Part shown: positions 1 to 8,174 of the stretch, in pieces | Layout: every line of letters begins with the position of its first letter | Numbering within the stretch: the first letter of the stretch is position 1 | IMG/VR virus record: IMGVR_UViG_3300021066_000050 | Span: 1 to 44,825 of that record | DNA length: 44,825 nucleotides | Direction: 5' to 3' (one strand) | Source: a virus | Lineage: Duplodnaviria; Caudoviricetes | The notes under the pieces: generated by a model | What the model was told of the DNA's origin: nothing | Seen by the model: only the letters and a program-made list of their open reading frames with translations | Databases searched by the model: none | Program-made: the position numbers and the translations under genes

Positions 1-274
1 CAGTGCCCACCGACACCCGCAGCGGCGTGTTCCGGCCCAGCTTGCCGTAGTACGAGCTCAGCGGGTTACGCGGCGAGTAGGTGCCGGACGTGTTGCGGAT
101 CGACAGGGAGCAGCTCGTCCGGTCCGTCCGGCTGCCCTCCGACCGGCGCCCCCGCGAGACCGTCACCTGATCACGTTCGCCGCCGAACACATCACCTGCT
201 GCGGCGATGTCCACCCACGCGCCGTCAATCTCCAGCGCGACAGCAATGTCCAGCGGGTCAGCCGGGAACGCCAT
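1..274 (-). CDS. N-terminal part of large tail-tip/minor tail protein (runs off window start; probably continues as 42348..44825)
   Basis: ATG at 274 overlaps the tape-measure stop. Reads MAFPADPLDIAVALEIDGAWVDI...SRGRRSEG...YSPRNPLSSYYGKLGRNTPLRVSVGT with no stop before base 1. Confidence 0.8.
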   Translation of the reverse strand, partial: MAFPADPLDIAVALEIDGAWVDIAAAGDVFGGERDQVTVSRGRRSEGSRTDRTSCSLSIRNTSGTYSPRNPLSSYYGKLGRNTPLRVSVGT

Positions 275-2334
275 CAGCCCACCGCCCCAGCGCCGAGCGC
301 ATCCTGCACATTGCCCCCCAGGTCGCGGATCACGAGCCGCAGGGCCGGCAAGAGTGCGTTGATGATCTGCTTGTCCGACCACTCCGGCCCGGGGTGCACC
401 TCGATCACCATCGGCCCGGCCGGGGCCGCCATACCGGCCAGCATTCGCTGGGTGGTGCCCGCCGGGTGCACCATCGTCGACGGCGGCAGCTCGGCAATCT
501 CCGGCCCGTTCTCCCCGACCACGGTCAGGTTGCCCCGGATCCCGCCCGACGCCGCACCGGTGATACCGCCATGGGCCCGGCCGCCAATCCCGTCACCGAT
601 AGGCACCATCCGGCCCTCTGACCGGATCACGCTGGTGACCACGACCCGCTTTGAGCGGATCTGCGCGAGCAGGTCCCGCACCGACCGCAGGTTCCGGGCA
701 GCCTGCCCCGTGTCCGCCTCAATCTCCGTGGTCACCTTGCGGGGGACCTTCAGGTACTGGTCGGCCAGCTCCTCTGCCCGTTCCCGGCTGTGCCCCATGG
801 CCACGGCGGTGGCGATGAAGTCGGCGCGGGCCTGCCGGTTTCGCTCCGCCAGCTCGCCCGTCGTGGCACCCTGCTGTTCAAGGGCCTCCGTCAAGGTGTT
901 CGACTGGCGGGCCAGCCGCAGCAGCGACTCCGACTCATCGTCAGTGACCTTCCGGCCGCCCTCGATAGCGTCCTTCGCCTCGCGCAGGGTGTCCCGGTAC
1001 CGCAGGGTCGACTCGGCGACGTCGAGGTTCTGGTCGACGATCCGGTCAGCGGCGTCGGCGTACTCCCGTAGCGCCTGCGCGGCAGCGGTCGCCGCATCCT
1101 CCTCACCACGGAAACCGGCCAGGATCTCCTGCAACGACTGGGCGAACTCGGTGTTCGACTCTGCACCCTCGTCGGTGCGGGTGGCCATCTCGCCGATCAG
1201 GCCGACGAGTTGCGGCAGGTTGCCCGACAGGGCCGCTCCGCCGATCTCCATCAGCTCCCACGTCTCCGCGAGCACGTTGACCAGGTTGCTGAAGCCGCGC
1301 ACGCCCTGCTCGACGAGCAGGAACAAGATCGACAAGGCGCGGGCCCCGGAGTCGGCGTTATCGGCGAGGCTGGACAAGCCGTCCCCGGCGGCATCACCGA
1401 TGCGGACCATCCCGTCGGCGATCGAGTCGATGACCGGGTCGGCCTCCTCGACGAGGTCTCGCACCCCACCGAGGACGCTGCGCACCGCAGTACCCGCGCC
1501 CTCGGCCAGCGGCACCACGAACCGGGAGCTGTTCGCGAAGATCGATTCGAGGTCGTCGCGTGCCTCGCCGAGGTGCGAGCGCAACACCCCGATGCCCTGC
1601 ACGGCCGCCGGCACAAACCCGACCGCCGCCTGCTGCATCGTCGACTCGAACTCGTCGCCCAGCGCGGTCGCCGCCTGCTGCACCGCGCTGTGCTTCGACG
1701 CGACCATCAGGCCCCCGACCACACCGCCGGCACCGGCACCGCCGATGATCGCCCCGGCGACGGACGCGCCCAGCCACACGGCGATCCCGGCAGCCAGCGG
1801 CGCACCGATCGCTGCAGCGGCAGGCCCAAGCCCTGCACCGATGGACGTCAGTCGCGCCGTCAGCCCGGCGGCAACCTGCGGGCCCGCCGAGCTGCCCACG
1901 GCCTGCCCGAGGGCCTCGCCGATCTTCCCGCCCTGCCGGGTGACGTCCGGCAGCAGCGCGCCCGCGTCGACCGCCTTACGCAGCTCGGCGCGTTCCCGGC
2001 CGGCATCGACGATCCGCACCTGCGCGTCCGCGCGGCCCAGGTCCGCCAGAGACTGGCGCAACTCGTCGACCCGCTCGTCGGCGGACGCCGCGCCGCGACC
2101 GAGCGACAGCATCTCGGTGTCCAGCCGCGCCAGGGCCCTACTCGACGTACCCGACGCGCCCGCCAGCCCGACAATGGCGTCGGACAGCCGGTCGGCGCTG
2201 CGGGTGCCGGCGCTCATGGACGTGGAGAGCTTGGTGACCTCTGCCCGCAGGGACTGGGCGTTGCGGGTGGCGGACTGCATCGCAGGGCCGGATCCGTCCG
2301 ACCCGGTGACCCGGATCTCGATGTCGTTGGCCAC
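274..2334 (-). CDS. tape measure protein
   Basis: 686 aa, Ala/Gly-rich and helical. MANDIEIRVTG start and C-terminal VVGENGPE motif. Follows the chaperone genes; GGAGGAGG SD. Confidence 0.9.
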   Translation of the reverse strand: MANDIEIRVTGSDGSGPAMQSATRNAQSLRAEVTKLSTSMSAGTRSADRLSDAIVGLAGASGTSSRALARLDTEMLSLGRGAASADERVDELRQSLADLGRADAQVRIVDAGRERAELRKAVDAGALLPDVTRQGGKIGEALGQAVGSSAGPQVAAGLTARLTSIGAGLGPAAAAIGAPLAAGIAVWLGASVAGAIIGGAGAGGVVGGLMVASKHSAVQQAATALGDEFESTMQQAAVGFVPAAVQGIGVLRSHLGEARDDLESIFANSSRFVVPLAEGAGTAVRSVLGGVRDLVEEADPVIDSIADGMVRIGDAAGDGLSSLADNADSGARALSILFLLVEQGVRGFSNLVNVLAETWELMEIGGAALSGNLPQLVGLIGEMATRTDEGAESNTEFAQSLQEILAGFRGEEDAATAAAQALREYADAADRIVDQNLDVAESTLRYRDTLREAKDAIEGGRKVTDDESESLLRLARQSNTLTEALEQQGATTGELAERNRQARADFIATAVAMGHSRERAEELADQYLKVPRKVTTEIEADTGQAARNLRSVRDLLAQIRSKRVVVTSVIRSEGRMVPIGDGIGGRAHGGITGAASGGIRGNLTVVGENGPEIAELPPSTMVHPAGTTQRMLAGMAAPAGPMVIEVHPGPEWSDKQIINALLPALRLVIRDLGGNVQDALGAGAVG

Positions 2335-2337
2335 CTG

Positions 2338-2565
2338 CTACACCTCCTCCCCCTGGTTGTTGGTCTTGCCGTACGCCTCGATGCGCAGCAGCCGCAGCAG
2401 CCCCGCGTCCTCGGCGAGCACCTGCGACGGCAGGCACCCGAACCGGTCGCACAGGCCGAGGATCAGCTCCGCCTCGGCCAGCTCGGGCGGCTTCCCTACG
2501 ACACCTCCATCGGGATCGACAGCTCCGGGGACGGCTCGCCACCGGCTGATGGCGGCACCAAAGGG
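2338..2565 (-). CDS. tail assembly chaperone, frameshifted C-terminal extension (gpGT-like)
   Basis: -1 frame relative to the upstream chaperone, entered at CCCTTTG (2565-2559). Reads FGAAISRWRAVPG...LCDRFGCLPSQVLAED. Confidence 0.7.
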   Translation of the reverse strand, partial: PFGAAISRWRAVPGAVDPDGGVVGKPPELAEAELILGLCDRFGCLPSQVLAEDAGLLRLLRIEAYGKTNNQGEEV

Positions 2566-2897
2566 CGCGGGACCTGCACCATCGCGTCGATCCACGCGAG
2601 GACCAGGGCCTTAAACAGGTCCGGGTCGAGGGTCCGTAGCCCGGTGGCGTCGGCGGGTACCGGCTGGCCGTCCTCGGTGAGGTTCCAGCCGACGAGCGCC
2701 GTAGTGAAGGCGGCAAGGACCCGCTCCAGATGCGGCAGGTCCCCCGGCGCGATCACCGGGCCGAAGATCTTGGCCTCGATGGACGGGGACAGCTCCAGCA
2801 CCTGCCCCATGGAGATCGACCGGGCCTGCACGGCCAGGCCCGGGTGGTCGGGCAGGTCCAGGTCGATAACCCGGCGGGGCAGCTCGTATCCGCTCAC
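2496..2897 (-). CDS. tail assembly chaperone (gpG-like)
   Basis: GTG at 2897 overlaps the tail-tube stop (GTGA). LVGWNL..DGQPVP motif; lies between tail tube and tape measure. Confidence 0.75.
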   Translation of the reverse strand: MSGYELPRRVIDLDLPDHPGLAVQARSISMGQVLELSPSIEAKIFGPVIAPGDLPHLERVLAAFTTALVGWNLTEDGQPVPADATGLRTLDPDLFKALVLAWIDAMVQVPRPLVPPSAGGEPSPELSIPMEVS

Positions 2898-3319
2898 GCG
2901 CTCGTCCAGGTGGGCACCGCGCCGTTGGCGAGGACGCCGGGCGCGGACCACGTCAGCGACCCGTCCTGCGCCCGGGTCAGCGCGTAGTCGGTGAACAGGA
3001 TCGTGGCCGTGGGGGTGGTGCCCAGCGTTTGCCCGGACACGGTGAGCGTGAACTCCCGGGCGACCGAGGTCGACGGCACGGTCTTGAAGACGTCGTGGCT
3101 CGCGTTGGAGCCGTCGTTGAACACCCCGTTGAGGGTGATCGACATGTCGGCGAGCAGTAGCAGCCGCTCCATCGCCGACTTGTCGATACCGGTCACGTCC
3201 TGCACGCCCCGGGGCGTGGAGAACTGGAAGTTCGTGATGTCGTTGCGGATGTCCCGCAGCGTGCCGCCGCTGTCGTCCACACTCAGCGCGGTCCAGCCGA
3301 GGCCGGTCTCCTTGGCCAT
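2894..3319 (-). CDS. major tail (tube) protein
   Basis: 141 aa, Thr/Ser-rich beta protein with QDVTGIDKSAMERL motif, directly upstream of the chaperones. Confidence 0.75.
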   Translation of the reverse strand: MAKETGLGWTALSVDDSGGTLRDIRNDITNFQFSTPRGVQDVTGIDKSAMERLLLLADMSITLNGVFNDGSNASHDVFKTVPSTSVAREFTLTVSGQTLGTTPTATILFTDYALTRAQDGSLTWSAPGVLANGAVPTWTSA

Positions 3320-3322
3320 GAT

Positions 3323-3769
3323 TTATCCCCTCTGCCTGTGGTCTGCGATGCGCTGCTGGTGCTCCCCGAAGTCGTCCACCCAGCTACGGGCGGTGCCGAC
3401 CCGGCGCGGGTCGCCGAGGTCCCGCCAGTCACCGGGACGGATCAGGTACGACTCTGGGCGCACCTGCACCCGATGCTTGTCGGCCGCGAAGCACCGTTGA
3501 CCCGCCTCGAACGTGAACACGGTCAGGCCGGCGGGTGTGCGGTGCTCAACGAAGCCGCGGCCGGAATCGCGGCGGATGTAGTGGGCCTGCCGTCCGCCCA
3601 GCTCCGTCGTCTCGTCGACCGTCGTCGACCAGCCCCGCAGCCACGCCGCGCAGTCGACCTCCGCGCACGTCGCCGGCCGCCAGTGTGTGGAGGCGGGCGC
3701 GAGGATCTGGTACGTCTTGTACGCGGCCGGCGCGCCGGCCGGACCGACCCGGAACAGCCGGCGCATCAA
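3323..3769 (-). CDS. hypothetical protein in tail module
   Basis: 148 aa, start overlaps the upstream stop, typical codon usage. Confidence 0.7.
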   Translation of the reverse strand: MMRRLFRVGPAGAPAAYKTYQILAPASTHWRPATCAEVDCAAWLRGWSTTVDETTELGGRQAHYIRRDSGRGFVEHRTPAGLTVFTFEAGQRCFAADKHRVQVRPESYLIRPGDWRDLGDPRRVGTARSWVDDFGEHQQRIADHRQRG

Positions 3770-4521
3770 AACACCACCGCCACCGGGTTGACGGCCACGA
3801 CCACCAGGAACTCCAGCGACGTGAACCCGGCCGAGGTGGTGGTGACGACCCGTAGGTACCGCTCGACGGCCTGACCGCGGGCCGTCTGGATCCGCTCCGC
3901 CAACGGCGCACCGCCCGTCACCTGCGTGAACCCGCCGCCGGTAACGTCGGCGAACGCGTCGGCCCCGCCGTCGTCGGAGGACTGCTGGAGCTTGACCGTG
4001 ACGTCGGTGCCGGCGAACGCCAGCACATGCAGGTAAGCCTGCAACCCGAACGAGCCCGCCGCACCCAGGTCGATGCTGGTCCCGTTCGCCGCCCCCGTGT
4101 CAGTGCGCGTCGCCGCCGTGGCGAGCACCCCCCACTCCAAGCCGTACCCGTTGGCCTGCGTCTGCACGGCGACCGTCAGCGACCCGTCAGCGGCCCGGGT
4201 CGGGTCGTAGCCGATCTGCTTCGCCACGCAGCACGCGGCCGGCGCGCCGATCGTGGCCCGGTGGCAGTAGGTGACCACCCGGTCGGTGCGGGGCAGCGCC
4301 GACAGCACCCCATGCGCGGCGCCCGCCGCCGGGTTGAACCACGCTTGGTAGTCGATGCCGCCGTCGCGGAGCCCACCGAGCCGCTCATAGGCCGACTTGT
4401 TGATGCCGGTGACGTCGCGGGGCGCGGGACCGCCGCCGATCCGCGACAGGCTGCCCACGTCTCCCGACAGGTCACTGCCCGACACGTACAACCGCGCACC
4501 CAGGCCGGAGGACTTCGTCAT
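3766..4521 (-). CDS. second tail-tube-like protein with C-terminal extra domain
   Basis: ATG 4521 (ATGA overlap). DVTGINKSAYERL and TRAADGSLT motifs are shared with 2894..3319. Confidence 0.7.
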   Translation of the reverse strand: MTKSSGLGARLYVSGSDLSGDVGSLSRIGGGPAPRDVTGINKSAYERLGGLRDGGIDYQAWFNPAAGAAHGVLSALPRTDRVVTYCHRATIGAPAACCVAKQIGYDPTRAADGSLTVAVQTQANGYGLEWGVLATAATRTDTGAANGTSIDLGAAGSFGLQAYLHVLAFAGTDVTVKLQQSSDDGGADAFADVTGGGFTQVTGGAPLAERIQTARGQAVERYLRVVTTTSAGFTSLEFLVVVAVNPVAVVF

Positions 4522-4976
4522 GGCGTCTGCTCCCACACGTCGTTGACCAGCACCGGCAGCACGATCGTGATGACCCGCAACAGCCGGGAGTCCTGCTGGA
4601 GGTAGCCGGCACGCGACGACAGCGGCACCCCCGACTGCCCGAGCAGGTCCACGCAGCGCACCAGATCACCGAGGGTGAAATCGGCGGAATAGGCGGTCAT
4701 CAACGCGTCGTGGGCGGCCATCAGTCGCGGGTCGATCGCGTCGGCCGGTTCGGCGAGCATGCTGGTGTACAGCCGCACGTTGAGCGTCAGCCGGGCCGTC
4801 GTCGCCCGCAGTCCGGACGTACCCCGCGCCGGCTCGGTTGCGTCGACCCACACCGCCGCCGACAGCCCGGTCCCGGGCGCGCTCGTCGGCTCGTGGGCGT
4901 TGACCCGTTCGAAGTGCCCGGAGGTGAGGGCGTGGGAGACCACCGCGTCGATGATCGGTTTGGTGTCGAGGGCCAT
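4518..4976 (-). CDS. tail terminator/completion protein (putative)
   Basis: MALDTKPIIDAVVSHA..., 152 aa, coupled start/stop; called from position before the tail-tube genes. Confidence 0.6.
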   Translation of the reverse strand: MALDTKPIIDAVVSHALTSGHFERVNAHEPTSAPGTGLSAAVWVDATEPARGTSGLRATTARLTLNVRLYTSMLAEPADAIDPRLMAAHDALMTAYSADFTLGDLVRCVDLLGQSGVPLSSRAGYLQQDSRLLRVITIVLPVLVNDVWEQTP

Positions 4977-5365
4977 CACATGCCCCGCAGCCGGTCGAGG
5001 TAGTAGGGCAGCACCTGGCCGGCAATGTCGCCGGCACGCCGGTCGAGGGCTTGACGCACCCGCCGCCAGTGGGAGTAGCCCTTGAAGCGGGTCACCGGGA
5101 AATTCCTGCTCCCGACACCCTCCAACCACGGCCCGTATACGACGCCCTGGTCGTGCACCACAATGTCGTCACGCTGCCGCTCGGTGGTGATCTGCGTCCA
5201 GTAGTACGGGGTGGGCTGGCGGATGACGCGGCGCAACTCCATGCCGATGTCGACCTCACCCTGCCGGGCAACGGCCCACTTCGCGGCGTCGAGGTAGTCG
5301 GCGACGATGCCCGGAGCCTGCCCGTCAAAGAGCGGCCCGGATGCGGTCACGGTGATGGCCTGCAC
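4976..5365 (-). CDS. head-tail joining/tail completion protein (HK97 gp10-like, putative)
   Basis: GTG 5365; VYGPWLEGVGSRN..TRFKGY motif; synteny. Confidence 0.6.
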   Translation of the reverse strand: MQAITVTASGPLFDGQAPGIVADYLDAAKWAVARQGEVDIGMELRRVIRQPTPYYWTQITTERQRDDIVVHDQGVVYGPWLEGVGSRNFPVTRFKGYSHWRRVRQALDRRAGDIAGQVLPYYLDRLRGM

Positions 5366-5366
5366 G

Positions 5367-6407
5367 TCACACCGCCCTCGTGCGGGCCTTGCGGCCGTAA
5401 GTGGTGTACGCGTCGTCCCACACGGCGCGCAGGGCCCGCCCCGATGCCTCCCGCTGCGACTCCCCGGATCCGACCTCCCGGGCGTACCCGGACGACTGCT
5501 GGAGCAGGTCGTCGAGGGCCAGGGCGGTGGCGAGCCGGACAATGCCGGGCGGGGGGTCGTGGCGGGCGATCGCGGTCGCCGTGTCGTGGGCGGCGGTAGT
5601 GGTGCCGAGCGCGCCCCGGGTCACGGTCAGGGTGCGGGGCGCGTACACGTCGGCCCCGGTGGTGTGGGCGGCCAGCACACTGCCGTCCCACGCCCGCTTC
5701 ACCACGAGGTTGTTCCCGGCGATGTCGACGATCAGCATCCGTTCGGCGTCGATGAGGATGATCTCGCCGACGGTGTACGCGCTGCCAGTGGTTACAGGTA
5801 CGGTCACGTCCGCCACCGACGCGGTCAGATTCCCGCCGAGGTTCTGGCCGGTGTCGGTGGCGGTCTTGCCGGTGACGATCATCCGCTCGGTGTTGATGCG
5901 GAGGATGTGGCCGACGCCGATCGTGGCGGAGTCCGTGACGTCGACGGCGGTCTCCGATGCGTCGAGCGCCTCGGCAAGCGCGCCGGCGGGGGACTCGTCG
6001 TTGCGGTAGCCCCACACGCCGGTGATGGTGACGTCGCGCTGGTGGGTGGAGCCGCCGCCGAACACTGCCGAGCTGTCGAGGTCGATCTCGACCCGGTTGT
6101 ACGGCGGTCCCCCGTACGGGCGCAGGAAGTAGTCGGTGGGAGCGATGGTGACGCCGCCAGACGACAGGGCGGTGACGGAGATCAGCTCGTCGGCGTCGAG
6201 GCGCAGCCGCCACGGCCGGGCCCGCTGCCCGTTCGGCCAGTCGAAGTAACGGGTGCCGGTCCAGGGGTAGAACCTGCGGTGCAGGCGCCCCTCGATCGCG
6301 GCGGTGGCAGCGGCGATCGCGCGGTCCACCTGCCCGTTGTTGCGGGCGGTTTCCACGCTGTCCAGGGCCGCTTTGACCTGCTCCCTGGTCGTGTACCAGA
6401 CACTCAC
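5367..6407 (-). CDS. head-to-tail adaptor with inserted beta domains
   Basis: MSVWYTTREQVKAAL..AIAAATAAIEGRLHRRFYP..ITGVWGY; GGAGGAGG SD. Confidence 0.75.
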   Translation of the reverse strand: MSVWYTTREQVKAALDSVETARNNGQVDRAIAAATAAIEGRLHRRFYPWTGTRYFDWPNGQRARPWRLRLDADELISVTALSSGGVTIAPTDYFLRPYGGPPYNRVEIDLDSSAVFGGGSTHQRDVTITGVWGYRNDESPAGALAEALDASETAVDVTDSATIGVGHILRINTERMIVTGKTATDTGQNLGGNLTASVADVTVPVTTGSAYTVGEIILIDAERMLIVDIAGNNLVVKRAWDGSVLAAHTTGADVYAPRTLTVTRGALGTTTAAHDTATAIARHDPPPGIVRLATALALDDLLQQSSGYAREVGSGESQREASGRALRAVWDDAYTTYGRKARTRAV

Positions 6408-6436
6408 TGCTACCTCCTCCCCGCTACCCTGCGCCG

Positions 6437-6826
6437 ATGACGATCCGCCGAACCGCGCCCGCCATCGCCGTCGTTGTCGCCCTGCTCGTGGCCGGCTGTT
6501 CCACCGCGCCGGACGACGGCACCCCGGCCGCCGAACCCACCACCGCAGCCGCCGTCGCCACCTCGGCGAGTTCCGCCGACACCGGCGCGGAAGCGTGCCG
6601 GCTCGTCCGGGCCCTCACCGAGGACACCGAGCTGGAGCCCGCCGACCTGGGCAACATCGCCCGCCTCGCCGGGCGGGCCGCAGACGCAGGGCTGGCCAGC
6701 GCCGGCCGCGACTTGGCCGACGCCGTCAGCACCGTCACCACCGCAGACGACCCGCGCGGCGAGCCGATAATCGCTCTCGCCGAAGCGCGCATCGCCGTGT
6801 CTCGGGCCTGCGACCGGATCGGCTGA
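6437..6826 (+). CDS. lipoprotein, opposite strand inside the virion operon (moron-like)
   Basis: Basic N-terminus, hydrophobic stretch, lipobox LVAG-C, Pro/Thr linker. Fills the 440-bp gap between two minus-strand genes. Confidence 0.75.
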   Translation: MTIRRTAPAIAVVVALLVAGCSTAPDDGTPAAEPTTAAAVATSASSADTGAEACRLVRALTEDTELEPADLGNIARLAGRAADAGLASAGRDLADAVSTVTTADDPRGEPIIALAEARIAVSRACDRIG

Positions 6827-6847
6827 TCCCCGCCCATGCCGGCCACC

Positions 6848-7330
6848 TCAGGCCGCCCGGGTGAGCATCAGGTACGAGCCGGCCTTGACGACCGTCGCGC
6901 CCGCGTCGGAGACGCCTTGAGCCCACTGGAGCTTGATAGTGCCGGCGGTGGCGCCGACGACGAGCAGGCCTGTCGGGAGGGCGGTCACCGGAGTGGACAC
7001 GTCCACCGCGCCGGGGATGTCCGTGTCGGCGAGGGTCTTCGCGGGCAGGCGAACCGACCCGGCCGCCGCCGTGGTGGTCGTCGTCAGCCCGCACGGCGTC
7101 CACGTGAGTGACGACCCGGACGGGGCGGCCCAGCCGAGCTTGATGTCGCCGGCCGACGCCGCCGTGTAGACGATCATCGCCTGGAGCACGTACACCGCGC
7201 CGGGGGCGACGGACACCTGGAGCACGCCGTCGTCGGCGAGGACCGTCGAGCTGGTGATGCCGGCATGGTCGGCGGTGCGCCGCACGAACAGGGCGCCCGG
7301 CCGGTCGAGGGTGTTGAAGTGGTCGGGCAT
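6848..7330 (-). CDS. virion-associated beta-sandwich protein (paralog of 40550..41059)
   Basis: 160 aa; C-terminal GTIKLQWAQGVSDAGATVVKAGSYL. Confidence 0.7.
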   Translation of the reverse strand: MPDHFNTLDRPGALFVRRTADHAGITSSTVLADDGVLQVSVAPGAVYVLQAMIVYTAASAGDIKLGWAAPSGSSLTWTPCGLTTTTTAAAGSVRLPAKTLADTDIPGAVDVSTPVTALPTGLLVVGATAGTIKLQWAQGVSDAGATVVKAGSYLMLTRAA

Positions 7331-7333
7331 GGG

Positions 7334-7705
7334 TCAGCCGACCAGGTGCGCGGCGGCGGAGTAGGTGATGCTGTCGGCATCTCCGTGGGTCATGACCAGC
7401 CGCACCGTCTGCGGGATCACGTCCGAGGCCGCCGCGCCCGCCACGGTCGCGATCCCCGGGTAGATCTTCAGCACCGTCGTGCCGGTCGCGGTGATCGCGT
7501 TGCCGGTGAGCAGGTTGTACCAGGTGTTGCTGGCCGCGTCGTAGCCGTCGATGGTGGGCACCACACTCGGGGTGTCCGTCACTGCGGTGACGTTGATGGC
7601 CAGGTGCAGGCCGCGGTTGCCGGCGGCGGCGAACTGCGCTGCCGTCGGGGTGGCGGTGCGTGCCGCCGACGCGTACAGCAGAGTCGGCAGCCGAACCACG
7701 GTCAC
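7334..7705 (-). CDS. putative head decoration/structural protein
   Basis: 123 aa, Thr/Ala-rich beta protein, GTGA overlap. Confidence 0.65.
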   Translation of the reverse strand: MTVVRLPTLLYASAARTATPTAAQFAAAGNRGLHLAINVTAVTDTPSVVPTIDGYDAASNTWYNLLTGNAITATGTTVLKIYPGIATVAGAAASDVIPQTVRLVMTHGDADSITYSAAAHLVG

Positions 7706-8172
7706 CGCAGCTCACCTGTCCGAGGCGGATCCGTCCCAGGACCATCCGTCGAAGGGGCAGTAGAGCCCTCCGTCGGGTCCGGCGCGGAGGGGCTCTCCGT
7801 CGTTGGGGCAGGCTTGCGGCGGTTGCTCTTCGTCGGCGCGCTGCTCTTCGGCGGCTTCGGCGAGGATGCTGAGGAGCTGCTCCCAGGCGATGACGCACCT
7901 CCCTCGTCTGCGGGCCCGGCCAGGACGGCGGGGCCGGCGTGTGGGTGGTCGAGCACGCAGTCGGGGTGCTGGCAGCCCGGCTCGGTGAGCGCCGGAGCAG
8001 CGGGCTGGCCGGCCAGTTCGGGGCTCTGCTGGCTGGCGATGGACGGGCCACCGTGGCGGGTGATCTTCGGCATGCTGCCCTCCTCGTGATGGTCGGTACT
8101 GCCGCAGTGCGGGCAGCCGAGCAGGCCCGCCGCATACGCGGTCGTGCAGGCCAGGCACACCCGCAGCGCCAC
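7702..8172 (-). CDS. hypothetical protein, N-terminal CxxC..CxxC ribbon and low-complexity tail; possible internal start at 8073
   Basis: GTG 8172 lies 2 nt after the previous stop. VCLACTTAYAAGLLGCPHCG; GAGGAGG precedes ATG 8073 (MPKITRHGG). Confidence 0.6.
   Translation of the reverse strand: MALRVCLACTTAYAAGLLGCPHCGSTDHHEEGSMPKITRHGGPSIASQQSPELAGQPAAPALTEPGCQHPDCVLDHPHAGPAVLAGPADEGGASSPGSSSSASSPKPPKSSAPTKSNRRKPAPTTESPSAPDPTEGSTAPSTDGPGTDPPRTGELR
7712..7891 (-). CDS. nested small protein with CPND..CPFD motif, predicted ATC start
   Basis: GGAGGT SD at 7902-7897, 5-nt spacer, then ATC. Reads IAWEQLLSILAEAAEEQR..QACPNDGEPLRAGPDGGLYCPFDGW. Confidence 0.55.
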   Translation of the reverse strand: MAWEQLLSILAEAAEEQRADEEQPPQACPNDGEPLRAGPDGGLYCPFDGWSWDGSASDR

Positions 8173-8174
8173 GG

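Noticed and set aside
311-2994. Long plus-strand ORFs (767 and 594 aa) and similar shadow ORFs throughout, e.g. 8890..10845, 23004..24914, 36600..37922
   Set aside because: They are antisense or alternate frames of real genes, kept open by high GC. The translations are Ser/Arg/Pro-rich and have no motifs.
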